64,000 bases of DNA from Felis catus (taxonomy: Eukaryota). Location of the stretch: NCBI RefSeq assembly GCF_018350175.1, contig NC_058368.1, positions 86,864,001-86,928,000 of the forward strand. The letters run 5' to 3'. Made by a program: the position numbers and the translations under genes. Of the stretch, positions 63,801-64,000 are shown one piece after another. The notes below the pieces were generated by a model. The model made no database searches. It saw nothing but the letters and a program-made list of their open reading frames with translations, and was not told the origin of the DNA. The stretch's first letter is position 1, and every line of letters starts with the position of its first letter.

Positions 63801-64000
63801 TGCTGGTCTGGCTTTTGGCTTTGGCCAAAAGGATTACTTAAAACTCCATGGAAGTCAAGAGAGGTGAGAGGGAGGCTAAGGGAAGTCTCCTCTAGCTGTT
63901 CTCAAGGCCCCATATTTATTAAGCATACATTTAGGGAAACAATATGTTATACATTACTGGGCTATGTGCCAGTAAGAATGTATAGAAAAATGTGCAGAAA
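63801..64000 (-). mobile_element. 3' LTR (terminal 200 bp) of the same provirus, inverted
   Basis: The reverse complement aligns to about 57860-58075 (shared ATTGTTTCCCTAAATGTATGCTTAATAAATATGGG and others); it ends in CA and is followed by CAATAA, identical to the 6 bp before the 5' LTR. Confidence 0.9.

Overview
Mammalian genomic DNA from a feliform carnivore, most likely a felid, judged from cat-type CAN-SINEs and L1 3' ends. The region is AT-rich and mostly transposon-derived, which is typical of an olfactory receptor cluster. The only intact host gene is a single-exon olfactory receptor, the OR13G1 orthologue (54108-55031, +, 307 aa). Positions 1-44600 are a stack of nested, truncated and partly inverted LINE-1 elements with CAN-SINEs and a decayed class I ERV gag-pro-RT segment (11.0-13.3 kb). 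Downstream of the OR lies a decayed betaretrovirus-like (class II/ERVK-type) provirus with a 5' LTR, Lys-type PBS, gag, integrase C-terminus and an env leader carrying a Rec/Rem-like WGQLKKL motif. Its middle is replaced by class I ERV sequence. Its 3' LTR, identified by a matching 6-bp TSD and continuation of the host L1, sits in inverted orientation at the window edge, revealing a genomic inversion. Other structures include a ~700-bp inversion bounded by microhomology, a ~70-bp-period tandem array in an L1 5' UTR, a fold-back palindrome 3' of the OR, and a uORF whose stop overlaps the OR start codon. All repeat family names come from recalled consensus similarity, not database searches, and repeat boundaries are approximate.
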